From contig OZ252261.1 of the NCBI GenBank assembly GCA_965249955.1, positions 3,362,490-3,426,489 of the forward strand: a stretch of DNA of 64,000 nt, written 5' to 3'. Below the pieces are notes generated by a model. That model had not been told where the DNA came from. It made no database searches and worked only from the letters and a program-made list of their open reading frames with translations. The stretch is from Bacteroidia bacterium (lineage in GTDB: Bacteria; Bacteroidota; Bacteroidia; UBA8524). Made by a program: the position numbers and the translations under genes. Shown here piece by piece: positions 21,319 through 31,186 of this stretch (position 1 is its first letter; each line of letters starts with the position of its first letter).

Positions 21319-21882
21319 ATGGCTAATACATCCGATGTTTCAGTAGGTACATTTTTGCGCCACAATGGCGAGATAGTGCAGGTAACAGAATACCAACACC
21401 GTACCCCCGGCAACTTGCGTGCTTTTTATCAGGCAAAAATGCGCAACATAAAAAGCGGCAAAGCAGTAGAATACCGTTTCCGTAGCGGCGAAGAAGTAGA
21501 ATTAGTACGCGTAGAAGTTCGTGATTTGCAATACTTGTATAAAGACGGTAACAGTCTTGTATGTATGCACCCTGATACTTTTGAGCAAGTATATATACCC
21601 GAACACCTTTTTGGCGACAGCCTTCGTTTTATGAAAGAAGAAATGACCGTTAAGGTTTCTTTTGAAGACGAAACACCTCTACAAGCAGAAGCGCCCAATG
21701 CTGTTGAGCTTACCATTACCTATACCGAACCGGGTGTAAAAGGTGATACAGCTACCAACACATTAAAACCGGCCACTTTAGAAACAGGTGCCGAAATAAA
21801 CGTTCCCTTGTTTATAGAAGAAGGCGAAACCATTCGTATTGATACACGTACAGGCTCGTATATGGAGCGTGTGAAAAAATAG
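21319..21882 (+). CDS. efp: Elongation factor P
   Basis: 187 aa with the typical EF-P sequence. Confidence 0.95.
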   Translation: MANTSDVSVGTFLRHNGEIVQVTEYQHRTPGNLRAFYQAKMRNIKSGKAVEYRFRSGEEVELVRVEVRDLQYLYKDGNSLVCMHPDTFEQVYIPEHLFGDSLRFMKEEMTVKVSFEDETPLQAEAPNAVELTITYTEPGVKGDTATNTLKPATLETGAEINVPLFIEEGETIRIDTRTGSYMERVKK

Positions 21883-21945
21883 TTGTTCATTTTACAGTGA
21901 ACATTTAACATTTAATATTTTCTTTTTTTAGAGATAATACTGTTG

Positions 21946-21969
21946 AACCGCCCGCAAGGCGGTTTTTTT
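21946..21969 (+). terminator. Intrinsic terminator of efp
   Basis: Stem AACCGCC-CGCAA-GGCGGTT followed by TTTTTTT. Confidence 0.75.
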
Positions 21970-22239
21970 ATGTACGGCCTTGCTGTCATTCCAAACTTGT
22001 TTCAGGATCTCATTCTACATTTTATATGAATTGGGCAACGAGACCCTGAAATAAATTCAGGGTGACGGAACAATAAGTGCGGCCGCCATCCTGATGCAAC
22101 TCAAAGGGAGAGAAGAGCAAGCTAACACACGTATGGTTCGTCCCAAATGCTTTCGGGACACCATGGCAGCCACCGCACACACCTATCGTGATTGTTGAAA
22201 ATTGTGCAGTCCTCCTAGCGAAGTCGAAAGGCAAAAAAA

Positions 22240-23130
22240 TCAATTCCCTTTAGTTTCATGCTCTGTAAGCACCTCAACAGTAGCAGAAGCAAACTGTACT
22301 GCACCATTTGTTTTCTCTACACTATTTAGTATTTTGGTAAAAATAGCATCGCGTGTAGATCGGCGTGCTTTATAGTCTGTTATATAACGTATAGTATACT
22401 CTACCCAGTTATCCGTTAAAACTAAAGTAACCATAGGCTGTGTAGTTGCGTTTTCAATACGGTATTTAAGCACCATGTTTTCCCATGTACTTTTCGATTT
22501 TTTAGTATAGTCGCCAACAACTTCATTGGTATTTGTTAAAAAAATCTCCCTTGCCAATTCATAATTGCTGCCATACTTCACCACCACTTTTAGCTCATCC
22601 CACAAAAAAGGAAAATCGCTGTTATAATTAAAAACAGGCTCTTTAAATACAAAACTATTGGCCACCTTCACTATTCGCCCGTTATACAAATCGCCATTAA
22701 CCCACTGTCCCGTTTCCATTAGCGTTGTGCGCAGCAATCCAATATCAATTACATCACCTGTTATTCCTCCTAGTTGCACACGGTCTCCCACCGTATAAAA
22801 TTCTCTAAACATTATAGCCAACCAGCCTGCAAGGCTGGCAATCACTTCCTGAAGCGCAAAGGCAATACCTACACCTGCTACACCCATTATCACAGTTATA
22901 CTGCCTAGTTTATTGCTAAAAGCAGTGAGCAAAATAACAATACTTAGCAGGTACCCTAAAAATGTAGTAGCCTTTCTTGTTTTATAGCGTGCATCAGTAT
23001 TTTGTATGTGTTTGCTTAGGCTTTTTCTTACAAAGCGCAGCAATACCCACAATGCAATTATGGCAATTGCCACCCACAAAATTTTTAATTGTGCTTCTTT
23101 AGGCAACCAATTTTCTATATCAAAATCCAT
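22240..23130 (-). CDS. Mechanosensitive ion channel (MscS) family protein
   Basis: TM helices plus an MscS beta domain (GDRVQLGGITGDVIDIGLLRT). Confidence 0.85.
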   Translation of the reverse strand: MDFDIENWLPKEAQLKILWVAIAIIALWVLLRFVRKSLSKHIQNTDARYKTRKATTFLGYLLSIVILLTAFSNKLGSITVIMGVAGVGIAFALQEVIASLAGWLAIMFREFYTVGDRVQLGGITGDVIDIGLLRTTLMETGQWVNGDLYNGRIVKVANSFVFKEPVFNYNSDFPFLWDELKVVVKYGSNYELAREIFLTNTNEVVGDYTKKSKSTWENMVLKYRIENATTQPMVTLVLTDNWVEYTIRYITDYKARRSTRDAIFTKILNSVEKTNGAVQFASATVEVLTEHETKGN

Positions 23131-23323
23131 TTTCAAAGGGTACTACTATTAAACGAATACAAAGTAAGTATAATTCACTAGAAACTACTTTAATGGTTGT
23201 TTGTGAGTGGGTAGTCATTCTTGCGAAAAAAGGAGTCTGCGGGTGGTGTGGATTAGAATTAAAAGCTGGCTCAAGCGTCAGCTTGTGCCAAAAATAATAG
23301 AGCGTCCGCTCGAGTTATGTAGT

Positions 23324-23352
23324 TAAAAGTTAAAACTTTTAGATTAACCTAA
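23324..23352. promoter_or_regulatory. Candidate metalloregulator operator: perfect palindrome AAAAGTTAAAACTTTT overlapping an imperfect AGATTAACCT dyad
   Basis: Located about 25-50 bp upstream of the mntR start in the divergent MscS/mntR promoter region. Confidence 0.35.
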
Positions 23353-23374
23353 AAATATTTTTATATTTGCCTTG

Positions 23375-24034
23375 ATGTTTAGTTTTACCGAAGAAAATTA
23401 CCTAAAAGCTATTTTCAAACACTCGCAAAAAGAAGGCGGCGAGGTAAGCACCAATACTATTGCCGACGAGCTGAATACCAAAGCGGCATCTGTTACAGAT
23501 ATGCTGCGAAAATTGGCCGATAAAGGACTGATAAACTATGAAAAATATAAAGGGGTAACCCTTACCAAAGCAGGACGAAGTATAGCTGTTTCTATTATTC
23601 GAAAGCACCGTTTGTGGGAGGTTTTTTTGTGTGAGAAACTAAAATTTAGGTGGGACGAGGTACACGAAGTGGCCGAACAATTGGAGCATATACATAGCGA
23701 TTTATTGATTGACCAGTTGGACGAGTTTTTAGGCTTTCCAAAAAACGACCCTCACGGCGACCCTATTCCTAATAAAAATGGCGAGTTTCCTAAAGATGCT
23801 CAAATAAGCGTTGAAAATGCACAAGTGGGCACACACTATACCATTAGCGGGGTGAGTGATGAAGACAATAATTTTTTGAAGTACTTGAATAAATTAGAGA
23901 TATCACTGGGCTTGCCCTTTGAGGTACTTGAACGTTTTGAGTTTGACGGTAGCATGACGGTAAAAATAGGCGAGGAACGAAGCCTGCAAATAAGCAAAGA
24001 AGTTGCCCAAAACTTGTTTGTAGCCAAAGTATGA
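23375..24034 (+). CDS. mntR: DtxR/MntR family metal-dependent transcriptional regulator with a C-terminal FeoA domain
   Basis: N-terminal HTH (EENYLKAIF...), a dimerisation and metal-binding region, and a C-terminal FeoA-like SH3 domain. Confidence 0.85.
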   Translation: MFSFTEENYLKAIFKHSQKEGGEVSTNTIADELNTKAASVTDMLRKLADKGLINYEKYKGVTLTKAGRSIAVSIIRKHRLWEVFLCEKLKFRWDEVHEVAEQLEHIHSDLLIDQLDEFLGFPKNDPHGDPIPNKNGEFPKDAQISVENAQVGTHYTISGVSDEDNNFLKYLNKLEISLGLPFEVLERFEFDGSMTVKIGEERSLQISKEVAQNLFVAKV

Positions 24035-25920
24035 AAGAGAAAGAACACGCCTCAAAATCGCTAAGCGAGGTACACGGCAGTGTGAGTGTGCCTCATAAAC
24101 GCGGTTTTTTTAAAACCCTTTTAGCGTTTTTAGGGCCTGCCTATCTAGTTAGCGTGGGCTATATGGATCCGGGTAACTGGGCTACCGATTTGGCAGGAGG
24201 CAGTAAATTTGGCTATGCCCTTATTTGGGTATTGCTAATGAGTAACCTAATGGCTTTGTTATTGCAAAGTCTTAGTGCGCGTTTGGGTTTGGTGCGTGGC
24301 CTCGATTTAGCACAAGCCAGCCGACATACTTATCCGCGTTTTATTAATATCCCTCTGTATGTATTGGCCGAAATAGCCATAGCCGCTTGCGACCTTGCCG
24401 AAGTTATAGGTATGGCCATAGGCTTGCAACTGTTGTTTGGTCTCGATTTGCTAACGGGGGTGTTGATTACCGTAGCCGATACGTTTTTGCTTCTTTTCCT
24501 TATAAATAAAGGCATACGCAAAATGGAAGCCTTTATACTTTCAATGGTTACCATAATAGGTATTGCCTTTTTAATCGAAATGCTGATTGTAAAGCCCGAT
24601 GCTGGCGAGATGGTAAAAGGTTTAATCCCTTCACTACCCGGTGATGGAGCTTTGTATATAGCCATAGGCATTATAGGAGCAACGGTAATGCCTCACAACT
24701 TGTATTTGCATTCATCGTTAGTACAAACCCGCCGTTTCAGCAAAACCGATGAAGGTGTAAAAAAAGCCATTCGTTTCAATTTTATCGATTCAGCAGTTGC
24801 TCTTAACCTTGCTTTTTTTGTCAATGCAGCCATACTAATACTGGCAGCAGCAGCTTTTCATAATCGCGGTTACTTTGATGTGGCCGAAATTCAAGATGCA
24901 CACCAATTACTCACCAATCTTTTTGGTAGTACAGCCCCAATATGGTTTGCTATTGCACTAATAGCCGCAGGGCAAAGCAGTACCATTACAGGCACATTGG
25001 CTGGTCAAATAATAATGGAAGGGTATCTAAACCTGCGTATTCGCCCTTGGTTGCGGCGTATTATTACTCGCTTGTTAGCAATAGTCCCTGCCGTTTTCAC
25101 CATAGTTTATTTAGGCGAAGAAAAATTGGGCGCATTGCTTATTCTTAGTCAGGTAATACTAAGCCTACAACTGGGCTTTGCCGTAATACCTTTAATACAC
25201 TTTGTTAGCAATAAGCGCAAAATGGGTATTTATGTTATAAAGCCGTGGGTACAAGTATTGGCTTGGCTGTGTGCCATTATTATTGTTGGTCTTAATGTTA
25301 AACTGGTTATTGACGAAATAAGCAGTTGGCTTCAAAGTGCAGGAGATAATAGTATTTATATATACATTTTTGTATTGCCCATTATTGTGTTGGCAGGTAT
25401 ACTGTTGCTTTACATTATTTTTAGTCCGTTTATAAAACCCGATAAGAAAGTAAAAACAAACAATATGCCGCACGGGCAGGCTTTAGATTTAGGAGAATTA
25501 ACCCTTAAAGAGTTTAAAAACGTGGCTATTACTATTGATTTTTCTGATATGGATAAAACAGCTATAGAAAATGCCATATCGCAGGGCGGAAAACAAGCCC
25601 ACTATACCCTGATACATATTGTAGAAAGTGCCGGGGCAAGTGTTATGGGTGCGGATATTCACGACCATGAAACTGAGCAAGATATAGAAAACCTTAGCAG
25701 CTATGGTAACTACCTGCAACAGCAAGGCTACCAAGCCGATGTGCAAATAGGCTACGGAAACCCCGCAAAGGGTATTGCTGAAATTGTAAATAAAAGCAAT
25801 TGCGACCTTTTGGTAATGGGGGCACACGGACACAAAACCTTTAAAGATTTGCTGTTTGGTGCTACCGTTGATGCGGTACGCCACAACGTTAAAATACCTG
25901 TATTGGTAGTGCGGGGGTAG
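24031..25920 (+). CDS. mntH: Nramp family divalent metal (Mn2+/Fe2+) transporter fused to a C-terminal universal stress protein (UspA) domain
   Basis: Nramp motif GPAYLVSVGYMDPGNWATDL with 11-12 TM helices, then a C-terminal Usp fold of about 150 aa. It overlaps mntR by 4 bp. Confidence 0.85.
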   Translation: MKEKEHASKSLSEVHGSVSVPHKRGFFKTLLAFLGPAYLVSVGYMDPGNWATDLAGGSKFGYALIWVLLMSNLMALLLQSLSARLGLVRGLDLAQASRHTYPRFINIPLYVLAEIAIAACDLAEVIGMAIGLQLLFGLDLLTGVLITVADTFLLLFLINKGIRKMEAFILSMVTIIGIAFLIEMLIVKPDAGEMVKGLIPSLPGDGALYIAIGIIGATVMPHNLYLHSSLVQTRRFSKTDEGVKKAIRFNFIDSAVALNLAFFVNAAILILAAAAFHNRGYFDVAEIQDAHQLLTNLFGSTAPIWFAIALIAAGQSSTITGTLAGQIIMEGYLNLRIRPWLRRIITRLLAIVPAVFTIVYLGEEKLGALLILSQVILSLQLGFAVIPLIHFVSNKRKMGIYVIKPWVQVLAWLCAIIIVGLNVKLVIDEISSWLQSAGDNSIYIYIFVLPIIVLAGILLLYIIFSPFIKPDKKVKTNNMPHGQALDLGELTLKEFKNVAITIDFSDMDKTAIENAISQGGKQAHYTLIHIVESAGASVMGADIHDHETEQDIENLSSYGNYLQQQGYQADVQIGYGNPAKGIAEIVNKSNCDLLVMGAHGHKTFKDLLFGATVDAVRHNVKIPVLVVRG

Positions 25921-25933
25921 ATTTTTGGTAATA

Positions 25934-26032
25934 GATTATGAAAATCTATTCTGTTAAAATTACAGCGCGAAGCGGGACTTAAAGTCCCGCTTCGCGCTGT
26001 AATTACAAAACGGTGGGTTTTAAACCCATCAC
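25934..26032. repeat. Structured intergenic repeat element, copy 2
   Basis: AATTACAGCGCGAAGCGGGACTTAAAGTCCCGCTTCGCGCTGTAATT with the conserved flanks CTATTCTGTTAAAATTACA and TGTAATTACAAAACGG. Confidence 0.75.
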
Positions 26033-26080
26033 AATAAAATAATAGCCACAAAATCTTTTACTTTTGCAGTAGATACAGCT

Positions 26081-26473
26081 ATGAAAAACCCTTTTACGGC
26101 AGGAGATAAAAAAATATACACCAAAATAGTTGCCGCTAACGAAATTGCCCAGTTTGAAAGCGGACAAGTACACCCCGTATACGCTACCTTTGCACTAGGC
26201 AAAGATGCCGAGTGGAGTACCCGCTTGTTTGTGTTGGATATGAAAGAAGAGGATGAAGAAGGTATAGGCACATTTCTTACCGTATACCATCAATCACCTG
26301 CATTGGTGGGGCAAGAGGTTACTTTTGAGGCGGAAGTAGTGAAGATTGAAAAAAACGAAGTAATTTGTAAATACACCGCTCGCGTTGGCGATAGGGTAGT
26401 AGCAACAGGTGAAACAGGGCAAAAAATATTGAAGAAAGAAAAAGTAGAACGACTTTTTGCAAGCATACAATAA
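26081..26473 (+). CDS. Hotdog-fold thioesterase-like protein
   Basis: 130 aa; sequence pattern consistent with the thioesterase superfamily. Confidence 0.45.
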   Translation: MKNPFTAGDKKIYTKIVAANEIAQFESGQVHPVYATFALGKDAEWSTRLFVLDMKEEDEEGIGTFLTVYHQSPALVGQEVTFEAEVVKIEKNEVICKYTARVGDRVVATGETGQKILKKEKVERLFASIQ

Positions 26474-26580
26474 ACACAATTTCGAATTATGAATTTATAG
26501 TTTGAAATTAGTGAGCTATCATCCTAAGCTTGTTGTAGGGTGTGTGGGCAAGAATAAATAAAGAATAAGAGAATACACAG

Positions 26581-27030
26581 TTGGAGAAAGAGATAAACAT
26601 AGTAAACCGCAAAGCAAGGCACGATTTTTTTATTGATGAAACCTATACGGCAGGTGTTGCCCTTAAAGGATCTGAAATAAAAAGCATCAGGCTGGGCAAT
26701 GTGAATATGAGCGAGGCGTATTGCGTTTTTTTGCCCGATGGTTTGTGGGTGAAAAATATGCACATATCAGAGTTTAAACAAGGTGGTACATACCACAACC
26801 ACGCCCCATTGCGTGATAGAAAACTATTGCTTACCAAACGAGAATTGCGCAAACTGAAAGCCAAAATGGAAATTAAGGGCTATACCATTGTGCCCTTAAA
26901 ATTCTTTCAGGCCGATACAGGCTACGCCAAACTAGAAATAGGCTTAGGACGAGGTAAGAAAATGTTTGATAAACGCGAAGACCTTAAAAAACGCGATGTA
27001 GAACGCGAGATTAAACGGTTTGTAGGGTAA
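26581..27030 (+). CDS. smpB: SsrA-binding protein
   Basis: NRKARHDFFI...GTYHNHAPLRDRKLLL is typical of SmpB. Non-ATG (TTG) start. Confidence 0.9.
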   Translation: MEKEINIVNRKARHDFFIDETYTAGVALKGSEIKSIRLGNVNMSEAYCVFLPDGLWVKNMHISEFKQGGTYHNHAPLRDRKLLLTKRELRKLKAKMEIKGYTIVPLKFFQADTGYAKLEIGLGRGKKMFDKREDLKKRDVEREIKRFVG

Positions 27031-27103
27031 GTATTATGTTTTAAGGGTTAAGCTTTATGCAGTGTAGCTTTTCATGCTTAAACTTAAAACAGGAAATCAA
27101 AAA

Positions 27104-27760
27104 CTACATATTCCACCCGTCTTCACCCAAAAGGGGCACAAAAGCAAAGTTTTTAAATACTTCCCTTTTTATTTCACCATTAGGCAGTTTGCTTATGCGC
27201 ACCATTTTTTGTGTTTCGGCATCGCCAACAGGTATTACCAATATACCGCCAACACTTAGTTGGTCTACCAATGCTTTGGGTATGGCAGGCGCGCCTGCGG
27301 TAACAATTATACGGTCGTAAGGTGCATACTCGGGCAAGCCCAAAGTACCATCACCAAAATAAAACAGTATATCGTTATAGCCCATGCTTTTAAGCATTGG
27401 TTTAGCTTTTTCGTACAATCCCTTTTGTCGTTCAATAGTAAAAACGTGTGCACCCATTTGTGCCAATACAGCCGCTTGATAGCCGCTGCCTGTACCAATC
27501 TCGAGCACCTTAAGCCCTTTTTTCACTTGCAAAAGTTCGCTTTGGTAGGCTACCGTATAGGGTTGTGAAATAGTTTGCCCGTCTTCAATCGGAAAGGCTT
27601 TATCGTCGTAAGCAAAATCAACAAACTCTGCGCTAAAAAAATAGTGTCGGGGCACATGTAGTATAGCTTGCAGTACTGTATTATCGCTTATACCCTTGCT
27701 CATTAATAACTCTACCAAGCGTTTTCGCTGCCCTTTATGTTTATAAGTGTCCTTTATCAC
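27104..27760 (-). CDS. pcm: Protein-L-isoaspartate O-methyltransferase
   Basis: SAM-binding motif VLEIGTGSGYQAAVLA; GTG start. Confidence 0.88.
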   Translation of the reverse strand: MIKDTYKHKGQRKRLVELLMSKGISDNTVLQAILHVPRHYFFSAEFVDFAYDDKAFPIEDGQTISQPYTVAYQSELLQVKKGLKVLEIGTGSGYQAAVLAQMGAHVFTIERQKGLYEKAKPMLKSMGYNDILFYFGDGTLGLPEYAPYDRIIVTAGAPAIPKALVDQLSVGGILVIPVGDAETQKMVRISKLPNGEIKREVFKNFAFVPLLGEDGWNM

Positions 27761-27842
27761 GATGTTTTATGCACAAAAGTTGAAAATAAATAAAATCCCG
27801 CACGGGCTTTATCATCATTTTTGCAAATGTAAACCATAAGGC

Positions 27843-28820
27843 ATGATAAAAATCGGAGTAATTGGAGCAGGACACTTAGGAAAAATCCACATTCGCCTGT
27901 TAAAAGAAATACCAACGTTTAATTTAGTTGGCTTTGTAGATAATAGTGATGAGAACGCTGCTAAAGTTGAAAGCGAATACGGTATACCTCGTTTTGCTAC
28001 TTTAGATGCTTTGTTAGATGTAGTTGATGCAATAGATATTGTTACCCCAACTTTTAACCATTACGAAAGTGCTATAAAAGCCATAAAGTTAGGAAAACAC
28101 GTGTTTATAGAAAAACCGTTGGCCAACAATATGCAAGAGGCTAAAGATTTGGTAGCGCTTACCCGTGAGGCAGATGTAAAAGTTCAGGTAGGGCACGTAG
28201 AGCGTTTTAACCCTGCTTTTATAGCTGCACAGCAATACGAAATGAAGCCCATGTTTATTGAAACACACCGTTTGGCCGAGTTTAATCCTCGTGGAACGGA
28301 TGTAAGCGTAGTGCTTGATTTGATGATACACGATATTGATATTACCCTTAGTGTTGTAAAATCTAACGTGAAAAAAATAAGTGCCAGTGGTGTTGCCGTA
28401 GTAAGCGATACACCTGATATAGCCAATGCCCGTATAGAGTTTGATAATGGCTGCGTGGCCAACTTAACGGCCAGTAGAATATCGCTTAAAAATATGCGCA
28501 AAACCCGCCTTTTTCAGCGTGATGCCTATATAACTATTGACTTTTTGGGTAAAAAAATGGAAGTATTCCGCTTAGAGGATGCGCACGGACAAGAAAACCC
28601 ATTTTCGGCAGTTTTAGACTTAGGAGAAGGCAAAGGCAAAAAAATAATTCACTTTGAATCACCCGAAGTTGAACCCGTAAATTCGATAAAACGAGAGTTG
28701 GAACTATTTAACCAATCCATTGCTACCAATACCAACACAGCAGTTACTATTGAAGATGGTTACAATGCTATGCAGGTAGCTTACGAGATAATAGAAAAAA
28801 TAAATATGATGCGCGTTTAA
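27843..28820 (+). CDS. Gfo/Idh/MocA family oxidoreductase
   Basis: N-terminal Rossmann motif KIGVIGAGHLGKIH and a GFO_IDH_MocA C-terminal domain. Confidence 0.85.
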   Translation: MIKIGVIGAGHLGKIHIRLLKEIPTFNLVGFVDNSDENAAKVESEYGIPRFATLDALLDVVDAIDIVTPTFNHYESAIKAIKLGKHVFIEKPLANNMQEAKDLVALTREADVKVQVGHVERFNPAFIAAQQYEMKPMFIETHRLAEFNPRGTDVSVVLDLMIHDIDITLSVVKSNVKKISASGVAVVSDTPDIANARIEFDNGCVANLTASRISLKNMRKTRLFQRDAYITIDFLGKKMEVFRLEDAHGQENPFSAVLDLGEGKGKKIIHFESPEVEPVNSIKRELELFNQSIATNTNTAVTIEDGYNAMQVAYEIIEKINMMRV

Positions 28821-28875
28821 TACACAACGGTTGTTTTTTCGTTGTCTATAGCAAATAATCATATTTTTGTGCCAT

Positions 28876-29736
28876 ATGCGTAATACCATATTCTTTTTAC
28901 TGCTGTTTTCTTTTAGCCTTGTATTTAACTCGTGCAAAAAAGATATAGATATACCTTCGTACATACACGTAAAACAATTACAGTTTACGGTTAAAAACGG
29001 TCAAGGTACGCCCTTACAAAATATTACCCATTTTGGAATCTATATAAACGATAACCTTGAGGGTATTTTTGAAGCTCCTGTAACTTTTCCTGTATTGCAA
29101 AAAGGGACTAATAAGGTAGAGATTCGTCCTTTTATAAAACGCCTTGCTCGCGAGGGGTTTGTTATCTATACAATGGCAAACGGTTTTTTTAAAACCGTAG
29201 AGCTTAAAGAAGGGCAAGTTGATACTATTAGCCCGTCGTTTCAGTACGAAACCAATACTAAATTTGCTTGGCTTGAAGATTTTAATGCCAATGCAAAATC
29301 AATAAAAATAGTATCGGGTACTATGGATACTATATTACTTACCAAAAGCAAAGGTGCAGGTGCTGATACCTCTTTGTATGCCTATATGAGTTTAGGTAAT
29401 GTTCAAAATTCTTTTTTTGAAGTAGAAACCGAAGATGCTTTTACCTTGCCATTGGATGGACGTGATGTGTATTTAGAGTTTCATTACAAGTGTAATATAC
29501 CCTTTTCGGTGGGTTTGGTAGAAATAGGTACCAACGGCGAAAGATATGCCTTGCCTTCGGTTAGTCCTTATGAAACCAAAGGTGAATGGGCAAAAGGATA
29601 TATATACCTGAACGATGAGTTAGTGGCCGCAGCTGCAGGCACTAAATACAAAGTTTTTTTTACTGCACTTAACGGCGATATAAACATTACGCCTGAAATT
29701 TTTATAGATAACCTTAAACTAATGTATCGTGAATAA
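28876..29736 (+). CDS. Hypothetical lipoprotein
   Basis: Lipobox LVFNSC. The ATG at 28876 is preferred over the TTG at 28867. Confidence 0.5.
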   Translation: MRNTIFFLLLFSFSLVFNSCKKDIDIPSYIHVKQLQFTVKNGQGTPLQNITHFGIYINDNLEGIFEAPVTFPVLQKGTNKVEIRPFIKRLAREGFVIYTMANGFFKTVELKEGQVDTISPSFQYETNTKFAWLEDFNANAKSIKIVSGTMDTILLTKSKGAGADTSLYAYMSLGNVQNSFFEVETEDAFTLPLDGRDVYLEFHYKCNIPFSVGLVEIGTNGERYALPSVSPYETKGEWAKGYIYLNDELVAAAAGTKYKVFFTALNGDINITPEIFIDNLKLMYRE

Positions 29737-31147
29737 AACCCGCCTGCGTTTTTCATACATATTGTGGGATTTTATTGCCTCGGCAGCTACGTGGGCATTG
29801 TTTTTTGTTTACCGTAAAAAATACATCGAATCGTCAATTTTTGGCTTCGATATTCCTTTCGAACCCAACGATCGCAACCTATACCTTGGTCTATTAGCTA
29901 TACCCTTGTATTGGTTAGTAATGTATACGCTAACCGGCAACTACAAAGAGGTGGTTATCCGCTCGCGGCTTAGGGATATAGCGTATGCCTTTAATACCAG
30001 TATACTGGGAGTATTGCTGCTATTCTTTTTCCTTCTGTTGGATGATTATGTAAAATCGTATACTGATTATTATAAATCGTTTATAGTATTATTTAGTTTG
30101 CAGTTTTTCCTCACCGCTATACCGCGCTATATAATAGCCACGCAAATAAAGCGTAAAATACAAAGCCGTACCATTGGGTTTAATACTCTTGTAATAGGCA
30201 GCAACCAACGCGCTTATGATTTGTATAAAGAGCTAGAGAACCGCAAAAAATCAGAAGGGTTCTTTTTTAAAGGCTTTATAAAAACTGAAAAAGACAGTGA
30301 GGATAAACTAGGTGGTCACTTACCTGCATTGGGCAACGTAAGCGATATAAAAAGAGTAATTGCTGAGAAAGAAATTGTTGAGGTTATTATAGCCATTGAA
30401 ACATCAGAACATCATTTGCTTGAAAGCATAATGAATGAACTGGAGGGGGAGAAGACCAATATTAAAATTATCCCCGACATGTATGATATTATTTCGGGTA
30501 CGGTGCGGGTAAACCACATACTAGGTCCTCCACTTATCGAAATAAAAACTCAAATAATGCCTGTTTGGCAACAAACAGTAAAAAGGTTGTTTGATGTTTT
30601 CTTCTCAATTTTTGTAATGATAGTGGGCTTTCCTTTGTTTTTAACAGTAGTGTTGGCGGTGCGTTTCACCTCAAAAGGGCCTATATTTTATTTGCAAGAG
30701 CGTGTAGGCTGGCACGGCAAACCTTTTAAGATTATAAAGTTTAGAAGTATGCGGGTGGATGCCGAGCAAAATGGCCCACAGTTGGCACGCGAGAACGACG
30801 ACCGAGTTACCCCTGTTGGTTTGTTTTTGCGCAAAACCCGATTGGACGAGTTGCCACAGTTTTTTAATGTGCTGATTGGTGAAATGAGCTTAGTAGGCCC
30901 TCGCCCCGAACGCCAATATTTTATTGATAAAATAGTAAAAATAGCCCCCCAATACCGCCACCTGCACAAGGTGAGGCCGGGTATTACCAGTTGGGGACAG
31001 GTGAAATACGGCTATGCCGAAAATGTAACCGAAATGGTTGAACGTCTAAAGTTTGACCTGCTGTACATTGAAAACATAAGCCTTGCAGTTGATTTTAAAA
31101 TACTTATCTATACCGTTTTGATAATGGTGCAGGGTAGGGGTAAGTAG
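29729..31147 (+). CDS. Polyprenyl-phosphate sugar phosphotransferase (WbaP/exopolysaccharide family bacterial sugar transferase)
   Basis: C-terminal bacterial sugar transferase domain (LVGPRPERQYF...RPGITSWGQV) after an N-terminal TM region; GTG start. Confidence 0.85.
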   Translation: MNKTRLRFSYILWDFIASAATWALFFVYRKKYIESSIFGFDIPFEPNDRNLYLGLLAIPLYWLVMYTLTGNYKEVVIRSRLRDIAYAFNTSILGVLLLFFFLLLDDYVKSYTDYYKSFIVLFSLQFFLTAIPRYIIATQIKRKIQSRTIGFNTLVIGSNQRAYDLYKELENRKKSEGFFFKGFIKTEKDSEDKLGGHLPALGNVSDIKRVIAEKEIVEVIIAIETSEHHLLESIMNELEGEKTNIKIIPDMYDIISGTVRVNHILGPPLIEIKTQIMPVWQQTVKRLFDVFFSIFVMIVGFPLFLTVVLAVRFTSKGPIFYLQERVGWHGKPFKIIKFRSMRVDAEQNGPQLARENDDRVTPVGLFLRKTRLDELPQFFNVLIGEMSLVGPRPERQYFIDKIVKIAPQYRHLHKVRPGITSWGQVKYGYAENVTEMVERLKFDLLYIENISLAVDFKILIYTVLIMVQGRGK

Positions 31148-31186
31148 TCTTCATTTTACATTTATCATTTATCAAAAAAGTAATTG

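Noticed and set aside
22128-22175. tRNA-like 3' end (GGTTCG...GGGACACCA)
   Set aside because: The hairpin loop is 10 nt, not the 7-nt T-loop, and no acceptor, D or anticodon arms can be built. It is not a tRNA or tmRNA.
22022-22243. 73-aa minus-strand ORF in the efp/MscS intergenic region
   Set aside because: It has an unusual Cys/Gly/His-rich composition and no start context, and it overlaps strong hairpins. The region is more plausibly non-coding (see the sRNA finding).
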